From Chrysomallon squamiferum (Eukaryota > Animalia > Mollusca): a stretch of 64,000 bases of DNA. The notes under the pieces were generated by a model. The model had not been told where the DNA came from. It worked only from the letters and a program-made list of their open reading frames with translations, and did not search any database. How positions within the stretch are numbered: the first letter of the stretch is position 1; each line of letters starts with the position of its first letter. Made by a program: the position numbers and the translations under genes. The stretch lies in NCBI GenBank assembly GCA_012295275.1, contig CM022675.1, positions 11,346,001 to 11,410,000 on the forward strand, in the 5' to 3' direction. Shown here one piece after another: positions 30,611-45,136 of the stretch.

Positions 30611-30772
30611 TATTATATTTGTCCAAATAAAATAGTAGCAGTAGTTGTAGTAGAAGAATATTAATTTTAAAATATTCCAGCTTGAAGATCAATATTCGCG
30701 TTAACAGCAGAAATATTATTATTTCGGCTTTTAGCATTTGTAGTAGTTCTAAACAGTTGTTTAAATAATAAC

Positions 30773-30821
<49 letters not shown>

Positions 30822-31330
30822 TAGTTTAGACAGCATGATAATGCGGTATCGTAAAAACGAGTAGATTATTACTAAAATCAATGTGAATGCTATTAGATTT
30901 TTAAACGCACATACATATATTCATAAGCACGTACATAAACAATTTAGAATCGATGGGCTGGCACAGAATGATAATGTATTCAGATTTGCACATCACAGAC
31001 ACCTCCATTAATAGCGATAAATACTCACAAATTTGAACGTATGTGTCATGTTAAATGTCATTGTTAGTTTTTTTTTTTTTTAAATACAACATAATAAAAT
31101 AAATAAATAAATTCTGAGTGCGTGTACACTAATAATTTTACTGTTGTACTGGTTTTGGTATTGTTCTCTCGGACAAATATACAACTGTTATTGCTCTTAT
31201 CGTTGTTATTAAAATTACTAAATATTAATAATAATAATAATAATAATAGTAATAATAATAATAATAAGAAGAAGAAGAAGAAGAAGAAGGAGAAAAAATA
31301 AAAGAAGAATTTACTGTAGAATATAAAAGT

Positions 31331-31520
31331 TAATTCAGTTCCGTTTTATTATTTTATTATTATTATTACTACTACAACTGCTACTACTACTATTACTGTT
31401 GCTGCTGCTGTTGCTGCTACTACTATTATTTTGTAAAAAAAAAAAAAATATATATATATATAGTTTTAAAATTATTATTTAGCTATTTGTTGTGGTTTTG
31501 TTGTGGTTTTTTTTTTTTTG
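31331..31520 (+). repeat. Copy 1 of ~200 bp local direct duplication
   Basis: TAATTCAGTTCCGTTTTATT...(CTA)n(CTG)n...TTTGTAAAAAA...AATTATTATTTAGCTATTTGTTGTGGTTTTGTTGTG, matching 32281-32495. Confidence 0.7.
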
Positions 31521-32280
31521 TTCCTTACGATATTTTTCCTTATTTTATAAAATTAAATCAGCTAAAACAAAAGCCGTAAATGAAAACAAAAATGTTGATT
31601 AGAAAATAATAAAAATAATAAAATAATAAAATCAAAATAACTATATATTTGTTTATTTGTTTGTTTGTTTGTTTGTTTGTTTTTTATTTGTTTTTAAATT
31701 TGAGAAAGTTGAGTATTTAATGTCTATAAGACACTTTTTTTTTTTCTTTTTTCTTTTCTACTTCTTCTTTTTCTATTATGCCTATGGACATTTTGTAACA
31801 ACACATCACGGTTCATGTGTTATGATTGGGCCTCTGTCTATGTTCAGCCAACCATAAAATATTCTCGCGACATTTACCGTCTTTTTTTTTCTTTTCACAA
31901 CGTGCGTAAAAATCGCAGTTTATGAGTGAGAAACTTAAGAAGAAGAGAATCACAAAGTTTCAGCTTCTTCCTTTAAACATAATCTTCTTTTAAATAAACC
32001 ACGTTATAGGTGATAGTTAAATTGGGGGAAAAAACAACAACAAAAAACCCCCAAAACATAGTAAAGAAACGAAGGAAAAAAAAACAACATTATTAATACT
32101 AATAAACTTGTCTTTTTATGGCTAGTAAAACATGTTTTTGTGTGTTTAACGGAACAAAAATGAGATTTGTGGTATGTCATTAGTATTTTATTTAGCTATG
32201 TGGTTTTTTTTTGGTTTTTTTGTTACACTTTTATGATTGATATTTTATTTTTATGTTATTATTACTATTATTATTATTAT

Positions 32281-32294
32281 TAATTCAGTTCCGG

Positions 32295-32348
<54 letters not shown>

Positions 32349-32495
32349 TACTACTACTACTACTACTACTACTGCTACTACTACTACTACTGCTGCTGCT
32401 ATTGCTACTACTACTGTTTGTAAAAAAAATATCTATAGATTTTTTTTTTTTTAATTATTATTTAGTTATTTGTTATGGTTTTGTTGTGTTTTTTT
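32281..32495 (+). repeat. Copy 2 of ~200 bp local direct duplication
   Basis: TAATTCAGTTCCGGTTTTATT...(CTA)n(CTG)n...TTTGTAAAAAAA...AATTATTATTTAGTTATTTGTTATGGTTTTGTTGTG. Confidence 0.7.
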
Positions 32496-32543
32496 ATTAT
32501 TATTATTATTGTTGTTGTAGTTGTTGTTGTTGTTGTTGTTGCA

Positions 32544-32580
<37 letters not shown>

Positions 32581-32787
32581 TATTTTGTTAGCTGTTTATT
32601 TTTTCTTTGCTTACTGTTCTTGTTATTACACATTTTTCATTAAATTTTCATTTTACATATTTTTATAATACTATATTTTTATGTATCAAACCTTCTTTTC
32701 ATTTGTTCATATTTTAACAGGCATTAAATTGTTTATATCAACAACAATAACAAAACAACAAAAACAGTAGTAGTAGCAGTGACAGTC

Positions 32788-32818
<31 letters not shown>

Positions 32819-33283
32819 AATAGTAATAATAATAAAAATGATTGTCATTCTTACTGTCATTGTCATAGATATTTTATAAAATATAAAATATTAATAAAAT
32901 ATTTCGACATAATAAAAATGTTAATATGTGATTATGCAAAATTCTTCACAAATATTATTGTTCTAAACTGCAACAATAATAAAATGCATTTTAAAAAGTA
33001 ATAAAAATATCATTAAAAAACAGTAAAACCTGCGTTTGAAAGTAATAAATATAATGAAAAGTAATAAAAAAAAAACCCGCAGTAAATATATTAAAATATA
33101 TCTTTTTCAATATGCTAATGTTATGATAACACTTTACAAGAGTTTAAACACACACAAAAAAAATCCTAAAAAATAAAAATAACCGAAAACAAATACAACG
33201 ACTGAAAATTATAAAATGTAAAAAGGTAGCAGTAGCAGCAGCAGCAACAACAACAACAACTACTACTACAACTAATAGTAGTA

Positions 33284-33316
<33 letters not shown>

Positions 33317-34137
33317 GTAATACTAGTACTACTGATAATAATAATAATAATAATAATAATAATAGTACTACTACTACTATTGATAATATTAATAATAAAA
33401 ACTATAACAACAATAATAATAATAATAATAATAATCTAATAAATTACAGAAAATAACTGTTTAAAAATATTTCTATATAAAAGTATTTTTTATGACTTTT
33501 CTGTTTTTCTTGTTTTGTTTTTTTATTTTTATAATTTTTTAATTTATTTTCTAATATTTTTTTTAACTGCACAGAAAAATAAACATTATCTCCATTTTGG
33601 AATTTAAAAAACTCTAAACATAAGAATAAAGCTACTTCATAAAGTATTATGCTTTTCTTTCTTTTTTATTTTATTTAAATTATTTTATATTATTTTATTT
33701 CTATTTTATTTTATTACTGAAAAGAACTTAACAAAAATATCTTCAGTTACTAATTAAAAATTAGTCAGTTATTAACAACACCTCTTTATTTTATTTTATT
33801 TTATTTTTTTATTTTACTAAAATTAAGAATGTAACCACAGCTATTTCACAAAACAAAATTTTACCAGTAATTTTGCTTAAGAGAGAAAAAAAAATATGTA
33901 AACACAGTTTTTCAGTAATTTAACTGCAGGGTTCGGATTTATGAATCAGTGACATTTTCTTTACTCATTATAAACAAAAAGATAAAAAAAAAATATATAT
34001 ATACTTGTTTAGAATATTAGAAATCGTTAAAAAATAAAGAATGAAAGAAAAGAAAATGTTCTTAATGGATAAATAATAACCGGCTACTTTTTTAAATTTA
34101 TTTTAGTTTAGTTTAGTTTAGTTTATTATTATTAATT

Positions 34138-34168
<31 letters not shown>

Positions 34169-34363
34169 GTGAAAATATTTGTTGATCTCAAGATTATGTC
34201 ATGCGCATGTGAAATAAAAATGTTATTATTATTGTGTGTTTTTTATTATTATAAATATATGTTTATTTTTATTTTAGTGTTTCTTTCTTTTTTCTGGATT
34301 TTTGTTTGTTTGTTTTTTTCAGACTGAATACAAAATATTCAAAAAGTAGAATGTAAAGTAATC

Positions 34364-34405
<42 letters not shown>

Positions 34406-34513
34406 TTATGAATAATATGAATATGAATAATACAAAATACTTCTACTACTAATAACAGTATAATAATAATAATAATAATCATAATAATAATAATAATAAT
34501 AATAGTAATAATC

Positions 34514-34550
<37 letters not shown>

Positions 34551-34930
34551 TAATAATAAACATAACAGCTCTAATAAACAGAAGAAACCAAATAAACTAA
34601 CAAATAAACAAATAAACAAATAAATAAGACATTTGTTCAAACAGCCGCTAGCAAATTCAGTTACGTTACGTTACAAAACAATACATTTCCTTGATGCCCT
34701 TTGAATAACCTAACACCTCCTTTCATAATTAATATTTTAATTCTGATTTCTCTATGTCCTGACCCCAGAAGAGTTAGGGTCGACTTGTGTGTGTGGTTGT
34801 TACAAAGACGAGGTGACATCTGAGAAACCCACAAAGTAATATATTGAAGATAGAATGACAAACTGGATTTACGTGCTAACTTTAATGTACATAAGACGAT
34901 GTTAGTTGTGTCAGAAAAAGATGAAGAGGT

Positions 34931-35075
34931 TAAATAAATAAATGTGTAAATAGTAGATAAATAAATAAATGTGTAAATAGTAAATAAATAAATGTGTAAA
35001 TTGTAAATAAATAAATGTGTAAATTGTAAATAAATAAATGTGTAAATAGTAAATAAATAAATAAATAAATGTAAA
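34931..35075. repeat. ~23 bp minisatellite, about 5 copies
   Basis: Unit TAAATAAATAAATGTGTAAAT(A/T)G repeated in tandem. Confidence 0.8.
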
Positions 35076-35157
35076 TTTTGTCTTGTTTACTAGCGAGAAT
35101 GCTATACTAATAATACTTTAAAAAATGTATTTAATAATAATAATAATAATAATAATC

Positions 35158-35191
<34 letters not shown>

Positions 35192-35276
35192 TAATAATAA
35201 GAATAATAATATTGTTCTTGTTTTGTCATAACATTGTTTTTTTACAAAATGTTGTTTTTGTGTTTATTTGTTTGTG

Positions 35277-35346
<70 letters not shown>

Positions 35347-35930
35347 GTATTTAATTATTTTAGTAGCAAATATTTAAGATGATTTTTTCATGAATAATAA
35401 TACTGAATAATGTAATTAAAGTAAACTTTTTAAACTGATTTGTATTGTTTTTTGTTCTTGCTGCTATTATTATATTATTATCATAATTATTATTATTATA
35501 ATTATTATAATTATATTATCATCATCATCATCATCATTATCATGATTATCATTATTACTGCTGCTCACTTAGGATAACAATTTGTTTTGTATTATTATTT
35601 CTGTTTTTATTATTATTATTACTAAAAATAAATTACAAAAACAAAAAGTATAAATCAAAATATATATTATTAAAATAGAAGTTAACATCAACAAGGCCAT
35701 ACATAACCGATCGACTATAATCTACATAAAAACCTAACAATTAATAATTCATACTGAATATAAGCTAACACATCCCATAATCAATGTTAATTCAGAGATA
35801 ATTAATACTAATGTATGTGAAAAACGGTACGGCATCGCTGTCTTTGTTGTGTTCGATTCGCGTTTTTTTTTTCGGCTTAAAAAAATGTAAATAAATTTTA
35901 CTCAAAAAACACAAAATTTCTCTTCCTTAC

Positions 35931-36411
35931 CTTGCACCGAAGAATCCGATTGTCCGCTGGAACAGTTCAGCTCCCGGGCGTGCAGCGGCAGAGCCCCTGG
36001 GGTCATATCGGGGTAGAATCCACCGTTAGGGTAGCTGGGCGGATGGCCCGGGTTGTACATGTCGCTGTAGAGGGAGGAGTAATTCCTCATGGGTAACGAG
36101 TTCATACCCCCGAGCTGAGGTATCTGACGGCAGCTGTTCAGATAATCACCACCGAACGTATTGTACGCCGTCTTGCTGTTCATCGAAAACGAAGGACCGA
36201 GCTGAAGGTTCGAGTAGGAGCTCATGGCGCACGAATTGTGAGGTACGAGGCTGTCGTTTCCGTAGCCGCCCCACCCGTTCTGTCCCGAGGACAGCGCCGA
36301 CCTGGCCACGGAATCCTGACCCCCGGGACTCCCGGGGAGTATGCCCGAACTCGTGATGGTGGGGTAGAAAGAAAGCCCTGGGTGAGCCAGGAGATTATTT
36401 GCCGACTCCAT
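35931..36411 (-). CDS. Post2: Post2 N-terminal coding exon (160 codons + 1 nt)
   Basis: This is the only GC-rich, complex ORF in the track (MESANNLLAHPGLSFYP...SSGQSDSSVQ), rich in Ser/Gly/Pro/Tyr like Hox activation domains. The ATG is in strong context (ATAATGG) with an in-frame TGA three codons upstream. It ends at donor CAAG|GTAAGG in phase 1. G plus AG from the homeobox exon makes GAG (Glu) and preserves the frame: 481+215 = 696 nt = 231 aa + stop. Confidence 0.88.
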
Positions 36412-36426
36412 TATCGTTCATACCAC
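36412..36426 (-). other. Post2: 5'UTR part of the first coding exon, after a splice acceptor
   Basis: The minus strand reads GTCTTTCTTTTTAG|GTGGTATGAACGATAATG. A polypyrimidine tract and AG (36428-36427) lie 15 nt before the ATG, implying an upstream leader exon. Confidence 0.65.
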
Positions 36427-37498
36427 CTAAAAAGAAAGACATTTTTATTTTTTTTTTTTTTTTTTTTTTTTATTTTTTTTTTTTTTTGTTTGTTGTTAGA
36501 TCTCACCAGCAGCCAAGGGGAGGTAACTATGGAGTTGAATTTAATTAAAACAATATGGAGTCTTGTAAAGATTGTGTATATTTTTGAATAATTTTTTTTG
36601 TCTTCTCCCTCTCTCATTTAAAATAAAAACAAAAATTAAAAAAGAAAGAAAGAAAGAAAGAAAAAGAAAAAGAAAAAAGGAAAATAAAAATCATAATAAA
36701 CCATGATAATAAAATAAACGGTTACGAACGGGTTACCTAACTCGTGTTTACAATGCACAACGCTCTGACTACAACTGACATGTGCATTTCACGTGTTGAT
36801 TAAACCTGCCAACAACTTGAATATTTATCGCTTCGCTCCTTCCAGTCCTTCTTTTTTTTCTTTCCTCGACTTTATTTTTATACTTACTTATAAACCACAG
36901 CCTGCACACGAAACAAAAAACCCCCACTATCACACCATATTTAAACACATAATTCCAGTTTAATAGTCGTATTCACTTGCGCGGACTCAACACTCGGCAG
37001 TAACGACGAAAATAAAAGAAAAATAAAAACAACATTTTCGTGTCTGCGTGTCACAAGAGAAAAAAAAAACACCGGCGCACACACACACACACTAGAGGAA
37101 AACGTACAAAACACGCAAATCACCTAAAGACGGGGTTTTAAACGTGTAATTTTACGCATGAGTTGGTTTTCCCCCCGTGTAGGAAAAGAAAAAAAAGCGT
37201 ACAAATTACAGCGTTGTCTTTCTTGCCCGTTATCTATCGGGTCATCTTCTAAAAGTCATGCGAAACGATTGGTCATTTCCCCCCGTACTGTATCCATGAA
37301 TCGGAAATAAAACGGCAATTTCGCCTTGTCGATCCGAAACTGATATCTCAGTTACTAGCGAGAGACAAAACACACCCACATTCTATCGATATCCGTTTTA
37401 AAAAAAATAAAATAAAATAAAATAAATAAATAAATAAAAAAAAATAAAAAATATAAATAACTATAATAATAAATAATAACAATAAATACTAAATAATA

Positions 37499-37529
<31 letters not shown>

Positions 37530-37574
37530 TATATAATAAAATTAATACTGTAAACACACCGCTGAAATACTTAC

Positions 37575-37700
37575 ACCCAGTAGCGATTTTATCGAGCTCC
37601 AGCATGACCCGGCATAAATGAACTGGCTTCAAAAAAGAGATGACTAAACCAGTTAAAACCGTCGCTGCAAAAACACACGCACTAAATACGAGCCAGTGAG
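37575..37700 (-). other. Post2: Putative 5' leader exon of Post2 (5' end approximate)
   Basis: Consensus donor GGT|GTAAGT (+ strand acttac 37569-37574) lies directly downstream of a CpG-rich promoter-like region. It would splice to the acceptor at 36427 (intron ~1.15 kb). Confidence 0.5.
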
Positions 37701-37900
37701 CCCGCGTTCACACGCAGCTCCAGATCCGTAGCCATCAGCCGCGGTCACGTGACGGGAGCAGCCAATCGCGTCGCGCGCGGTTCGTATCAATTATGAAATG
37801 ACTTCGCCGAGGCGTCGTTTTCGTCCCGTGTTTCAGTCCTGCTTCGTCCGCCGAGCTGGCGAATGGTTCACGTGTATTTCGCTGCGGAAGTTTCCGTTCG
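37670..37900 (-). promoter_or_regulatory. Putative Post2 promoter / CpG-rich island
   Basis: Dense CpG, a palindromic E-box GTCACGTGAC (37744-37753), CCAAT (37762-37766), a CGCGCGCG run, a second CACGTG (37869-37874) and ETS-like CGGAAGT (37885-37891), immediately upstream of the putative leader exon. Confidence 0.55.
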
Positions 37901-38163
37901 TGTTGTGTTTGTTATGTATTTAATGTGATGTGTCTAAAGAGAGAGAGAGAGATAGAGAGAGAGAGAGCGAGAGAGAAAGAGAGGCAAGGAAACGGGAAGT
38001 CCGGCGAAGGTGGAATGAAAATTAATCTTATGCCGATTTGTAATGTGTTTTTTGTTTTATTTTGTTTGTTTGAAAATGATTATTTGGCGTATGTATATTA
38101 CTTACTATTAGTAGCTTGATGTTTCATTATTTATTTATTTATTTATTTATTTACTTATTATTA

Positions 38164-38216
<53 letters not shown>

Positions 38217-39321
38217 TCATGTACTTATATATTCATTTATTTATTTATTTATTTATTCATACATTCATTAATTTATTCACACATTCGTTCGTTCGTTCAT
38301 TCATACATTTTTATATTTCTGTTTGTTTTTGGGGGTTCTTGTTATTTTGTGCTGTTTTTTTTTTTTTTTTTTTTCTTTCTTTCTTGCTTTTTTTTTTTTT
38401 TCTCGCAAATCCCTTCATCCAATGAAATTTTAATATTCGGCTGTCAGTTGAAGTTAGGTGTATTCGCGGTTATTAATAGCACTTGTCAGTGTTATGGACC
38501 CGTTGTTTTGAAATATACAAGATACGATATGACAAGCGTTTCTTTGATTTTTTTTTTTTTTTTTTTTTAACAGTAACCACTCATAACGAAATCAACACAG
38601 AGTACGTCATTGTCTTTATAACTCGACAAGCGTCTAGGTACATAAAACGGCAATATAATAAGTAGTAAATTTATGTTTAAAAAATGTAAATAAAGAAAAA
38701 CAAAACAAAACAAGACACCCACTATGTAAAACATCCTTCACACACACGCACACACACGCACAAACATTTCTGTATGTGCTGCCGTAAAATGCAATAAAAA
38801 ACATGTAAACGCGCGCGCGCATACGAGTAAAAAAAATGTGTGTAATTTTTTTAATGTACTTTTTATAGCTGGCTTTTTATTTGGCTATAATCTAAAACGG
38901 TTTGGATTTTTCAGGATATAATGCTACAGATCCAATGGAGAATAAAAATAAAATAAAGAAAAATAAAATAAGAAAAAGAAGAAGAAAAAAATGATAATGA
39001 TGATGATGATGATGTTAATGAAAATTTTAATGATAATATTTATGATTATAACAAAATAAATCTATAAATTATAGTTTCGTTTTATTATTTTATTTTATTC
39101 TATTTCATTTTATTTTATATCATTTTCGTAATGGTACTTATATCGATTTTGTATTATTTAACTATAAGCTTGTTAATTTGCATTTTAAAGAATAAGTAAA
39201 TAAAATAAATAAATAGAAACAAATTAAAAAAAAAACAAAAAAAAAACTTGTGTAAATATGTCTGTGTGTATATATATTTCTGTTTAGTCAATTTCACTGT
39301 CATTCAACAGTTGTAAAATAA

Positions 39322-39369
<48 letters not shown>

Positions 39370-39384
39370 CAAAACAAAATAAAA

Positions 39385-39415
<31 letters not shown>

Positions 39416-39811
39416 AATAAAATAAAATAAAATAAAATAAACAAATTTTAACATCTAAAGAAAAAAAAAAAAAAAAAAAAAAAAAAAATAGAAAGAAAGA
39501 AAAATGCAGAAAACCCTCAAAATATACCTATTTACAACTTGTGTTTATTGTTCTGTTCTGAATAACGTGGAAACTGGTATTATTAATAAATTATAAATCT
39601 GCTGTAATCTGATCTTTGTATTGAAACGGTTAACTTCTTAATAAAACGAATACGGAAATACAACGGGAAGGAATACCGTTATCCATTTCATTTCTTTTTA
39701 ATTTTATTTATTTATTTGTTTAATTCATTTTGTTTCATATTATTTCATTTCATTTCATTTTATATTATTTTATTTTATTTTTTATTTTATTTTATTTTAT
39801 TTTATTTTATT

Positions 39812-39846
<35 letters not shown>

Positions 39847-39930
39847 TTATATATATTTTTTTTGACTCAATCTGTTTTACTTTTAGTAATTTGTTTTATT
39901 AATTTTAATAATAACAACAACAACAACAAC

Positions 39931-39973
<43 letters not shown>

Positions 39974-40053
39974 GAGCCACCACTATCACCAACAACAGCA
40001 TCAATAATAACAATATTATTATTATTATTAATTACTACTACTATTAATGCAGC

Positions 40054-40109
<56 letters not shown>

Positions 40110-41074
40110 TAGTGATATTAGCAGTAACAGCAGGGGAAGTAGCAGTAGAATACAAATTAAACAAAATCAAAAATAATTTTATTTACTTACTTATTTATTT
40201 ATTTATTTATTTATGTACATATGCATTTATGTATTTACTTAGTTATTATTCATTCATTTTTATTACATATTTTTCTCCTATTGCCATCACCTATTCAGTT
40301 TTACTGTTAAAATGACACATAAATACAATAATAAATAGAAACGATTATTTCAGTGCAGCGGCAATACCAGGTCAGCAAAAAAAAAAATCAATTCTCTAAA
40401 CTTACCACACCGTCCCGTTTCGAAATGGGTTAATTGTTTTCTTTGCGTCTGCCCTGCATCGAAATAATTAAACTTAAATCAAGCCTACTGTTTCTAATAA
40501 AAGGAAGACGTAATAACAAATATTCCTTGTCCACCCATAAATCAAATTTGTCTCGGGATTGTCCCATTTTGAAATGGGTCAACCACGGTAACTAAGTGAG
40601 ATGATGTGATCGTTGTTTGTAAGTACAGCTTCATGCGATTCAGTTTTTTTTTTATTTTCTGGGATTCGAATCGATTTCTGCTTTCCGAGGTTTTTTTACT
40701 TAAAAAGTAACCTGGCGAGGATTAATCAAAATATCAAAGTTTTAGCAGAGTCAGGCTGGATAATTTTTCTTCTCGTTACCTACTGGGAATTGATAAAAGT
40801 ATTCATTCATACGCGTGTGTTTCTGTCTGTGTGTGTCTGTGTGTGTGTGTGTTTGTGTGTCTGTGTGTGTGTCTGTGTGTGTGTCTCTGTGTGTGTGTCT
40901 GTGTCTCTGTGTGTGTGTGTGGAATGTGTGGGAGGGAGGGAGGGAGGTAAAGAGAGAGAGAGAGAGAGACTTGCCCTAGTTTTTTTTTTATGCTTATCTT
41001 GAGGAATAGTGGGAATAATAGCTACAATAATAATAATAATATACAATATATTTTGTTGTTTTTGTTAATATCAG

Positions 41075-41133
<59 letters not shown>

Positions 41134-41136
41134 TTA

Positions 41137-41181
<45 letters not shown>

Positions 41182-41486
41182 TAGGCATGCTTTCTTTATG
41201 CTGTCAGTTATTCAGAGATTATTGATAAAAGAATAAAAATTGTACATAAAAAGATCACACAACGTGAATCATAATTTTATTATTTATTCATTTATATAGC
41301 GGTTTTATTTATTTATGTATTTTATCATATTGTCATGATGTTTTGTCTTCAGTTACAAGCATTTGTTTTGTTTGTTGTTATTTTAATTAAAATATTAAAT
41401 TTACAGTATTATAAATAATTATATAATAAATAAAAAACAATATTTTGTGTGTGTGTATTTATGTGTATGTGTGTATGTGTGAGTTC

Positions 41487-41518
<32 letters not shown>

Positions 41519-41593
41519 GTGTGTGTGTGTTTTAAAGTTATTAACTAGTAATCATTATAAATTAGAAAATAGCAACAACAACAACAAAAAAGA

Positions 41594-41659
<66 letters not shown>

Positions 41660-42108
41660 TAAATAAATATATAAATATTTTAAATTTGAAAATTCTGTAA
41701 TGTGTGTATTTCAAATTTTATTGTTCCTGTTGTTGTTGTTGTATTTATTTATTTATTTATGAATGTTCTATATTAATAAAAAAAAAAAAAAAAAAAATAT
41801 ATGCAGGTGTCAAAATAATCGTGCAAATAAAAATTAAAAAAAAACTATTTAAAAAAGCAACAAGTCTGGTAGTGAATTACAGAACGATTGACGAAAGATT
41901 AAAAGACAGAAAGCATGAAAAAGAAATAGAAGAAAGAAATAAGTTTAATGTGTAAAGGTAACATATTTGAATGTTAAAGTATGTTTTTGTCAAAATACAC
42001 AAAACCAAATACGAAAGAAAATACATTTTCTAATCTTTTTTATCGTCTACTTTATATTATTATTATTATTTTATTTTTATTTTTATTATTATTGTGTTCT
42101 TTTTATTA

Positions 42109-42160
<52 letters not shown>

Positions 42161-42440
42161 TTTATTTTAATAATGTTTTTCTTACTCGAAACTAGAAAGT
42201 CACTTACACAAATTGTTTTATTCTTTTTTCAAATTTTTTCTTTATTTTTTTTTTTTTCAATTTTTTTTTCTCTCTCTAAAAAAAAAAAAATTAAAAAAAT
42301 AAAAATAAAAATAAAACCAACATTTTTTTCTCTTTCTCAATTTCATTTTTTTTTTCCTTAATTCAAAAATGTTTGTCTTTCTCATATCCTTTTCTCGGCT
42401 TTTTTTTTAACAAAAAAAAAAAAAAAAAAAAAAAAAAATT

Positions 42441-42547
42441 AAAAAAAATATATATCTATTATCGCTACAAGTCTCTCTTTTAAAAAAAAAAATTAAAACA
42501 TTAAAAAAAATATATATCTATTATCGCTACAAAGTCTCTCTTTTTAA

Positions 42548-42578
<31 letters not shown>

Positions 42579-42605
42579 TATCGCTATACAAGTCTCGCTT
42601 TTTAT
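42441..42605. repeat. ~60 bp tandem triplication
   Basis: Three copies of (A)n-ATATATAT(CT)ATTATCGCTA(C/TAC)AAGTCTC(T/G)CTTTT. Confidence 0.75.
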
Positions 42606-42996
42606 GTTCCTTACGGGGTAACGGTCTTATAAGAGACGGTATTTGTCCAGACGTGTTCTCGGGTTTAAGTTTATTGCGTGTTTACATCCACAGTGTCGTT
42701 CCGAATCGACTGATACGTAAGTTTTTCCCCCACAAGCAGCACGAAATTATTATTTTTTTTTTTTTTTTTTCAGTTCTAAAAAGCGTTAAGACGCAGACAA
42801 GTCTTACCGTTAGTTTACGCTGTCCTGTGAATTAGAAAGTTTTCGCCACCAGAGAGAAATGGCGGTAAAGACGATCTGTTTGCGAGAATATTGATGAAAA
42901 CTGCGTGTATTATTTATCTAGTATCTGCTGACATCGACTGGGAGCAAAAACAAAAAAAATAACGCGTGTGTAAGAGATTGGCTTGAGTTCTCTCTC

Positions 42997-43080
<84 letters not shown>

Positions 43081-43241
43081 GTGTGCTGTGTGTGCAGCTA
43101 GATCAGTAAAATGTATTTGAAAAAAAGCTGTTAATTATGGCTTTAGTTTATTTTTTTTTTTTTTTTTTTTCTGTCTATTGGTTTTTCAGTACTATAAAAT
43201 TGGATTATAGGTAGGTTTTGTCTACATAAATATATACATAC

Positions 43242-43296
<55 letters not shown>

Positions 43297-43659
43297 CAGA
43301 TTTACACACACACACACATACATACACACACACATACATATATATACACTCACACACACACACACATATATATATACACACACACACATACAATTATATA
43401 CAGATATACATACATCAATACATACATACAAACATACATACATACATAAATACATACACACATACATACATACATATTGTGGTAATAATAGTCGTAGTAG
43501 TAGTAGTAGTCGTAGTAGTATATAGACTAATCAAGCAATAGAAATAATAACAATATAAGTGGAAGAGACAAATGATATGATACTAGTTGAAATATATTCA
43601 TCACCATTAAGATAATTATGTAGAAAAATTTAAAAATAAACTATTACAAAACCCTCTAC

Positions 43660-43740
<81 letters not shown>

Positions 43741-43886
43741 GTTAATAGGATTAATTTATTTTATAAATATTAGACCTACCTGCTTTTATTATTGCATTAT
43801 AAAATTAATTAAAAGAATCCCAAATATTATATACATGTTTTTCTTTTTGTAATTACTGTTACTATTATATTATTATTATTATTTGA

Positions 43887-43938
<52 letters not shown>

Positions 43939-43940
43939 CA

Positions 43941-43981
<41 letters not shown>

Positions 43982-44503
43982 AACTCATCTTCTCTTTTAC
44001 TACTATAAAAAGGAAATCTCATCTGGGGAAAAGTCTATAAATTACTTGTTTTTTTTAACTCGGTAATCATAAAAAGAAGAGTGCTCCGATAAAACTAATT
44101 GAAATTATACATAAATAAACATAAATGTTCTCATACTAAGAAATAAAATATAAAAAAAAAAAAAAAAAAAAATTCTTCTTCATCTTCATTTAAAGAAAAA
44201 CGGAGGAAAAAAAAATATTCGCTGTCTTACTCGTTCCATCTTCAAGTATTTTAAGGCTTCCTTGAAACAAGATTTCCAACCCATATTAGTTTCACATTGG
44301 CGGACATAAAATGTAAATTAGACGCTTACTCATTAGAAGAGAGAATGTTTTCGCAAAGACAAAGGGAGGGTAGTTTTATGGGTGGTCGCATAAGCCGTTG
44401 TCGAGCTTTGATGTACTTGAATTGTCACTAATGAACGTACTAAATGGGAACGCTGAATGTCATTAGTTTCGTTTTAAAATCTATATTCCCAGGGAATCAA
44501 TAG

Positions 44504-44542
<39 letters not shown>

Positions 44543-45054
44543 TAGCCTTGGCTAATAGTTTCTGAAAGAATACGAATATACTGTGATTTTTTTTTTTTAT
44601 GTTTTTTTTTTTCCACAAGATTGTTTTTCGTATTTTTTTTTTCGTTTTTTTTTTTTCTCTTTTGCCCATGATATAGCGAGGACAACATTTTATGACTTTA
44701 ATGATTTAAAAAAAAAAAAAGAAAAAAAGAAAGGAAAATCTTATTAGTTATTTTCATGCAAAGTTCGTTCATTTCTATTACCCAGGGCTTCCAGAAGTTA
44801 TTTGTAAAGTTTTTGAAATCGCCAGGAAACTTTGATTAACTTGCCGAGATTGGGTAATCAATAAGACATTAAAATAAAGTTTGTAATTACCAGAACAAAA
44901 AAAAAAAAAAACAAAAAAAAAAAGAAGAAAAAGAAGAAATGATTCATAAGTACCAAAACAGTAGATGAAGTTCATTTGCTGGTTTCTAAAGTACTGAAAA
45001 AAGATTCATTTTAGTTTATGGATGTAATCTATAAAAATACAGATAAAAAAGACG

Positions 45055-45136
<82 letters not shown>

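Noticed and set aside
35902-35930. GKEEKFCVF* tail of ORF 35902..36411
   Set aside because: Read-through into the intron past the GTAAGG donor.
36238-36591. 117 aa plus-strand ORF
   Set aside because: Antisense shadow of the GC-rich Post2 exon running into poly-T.
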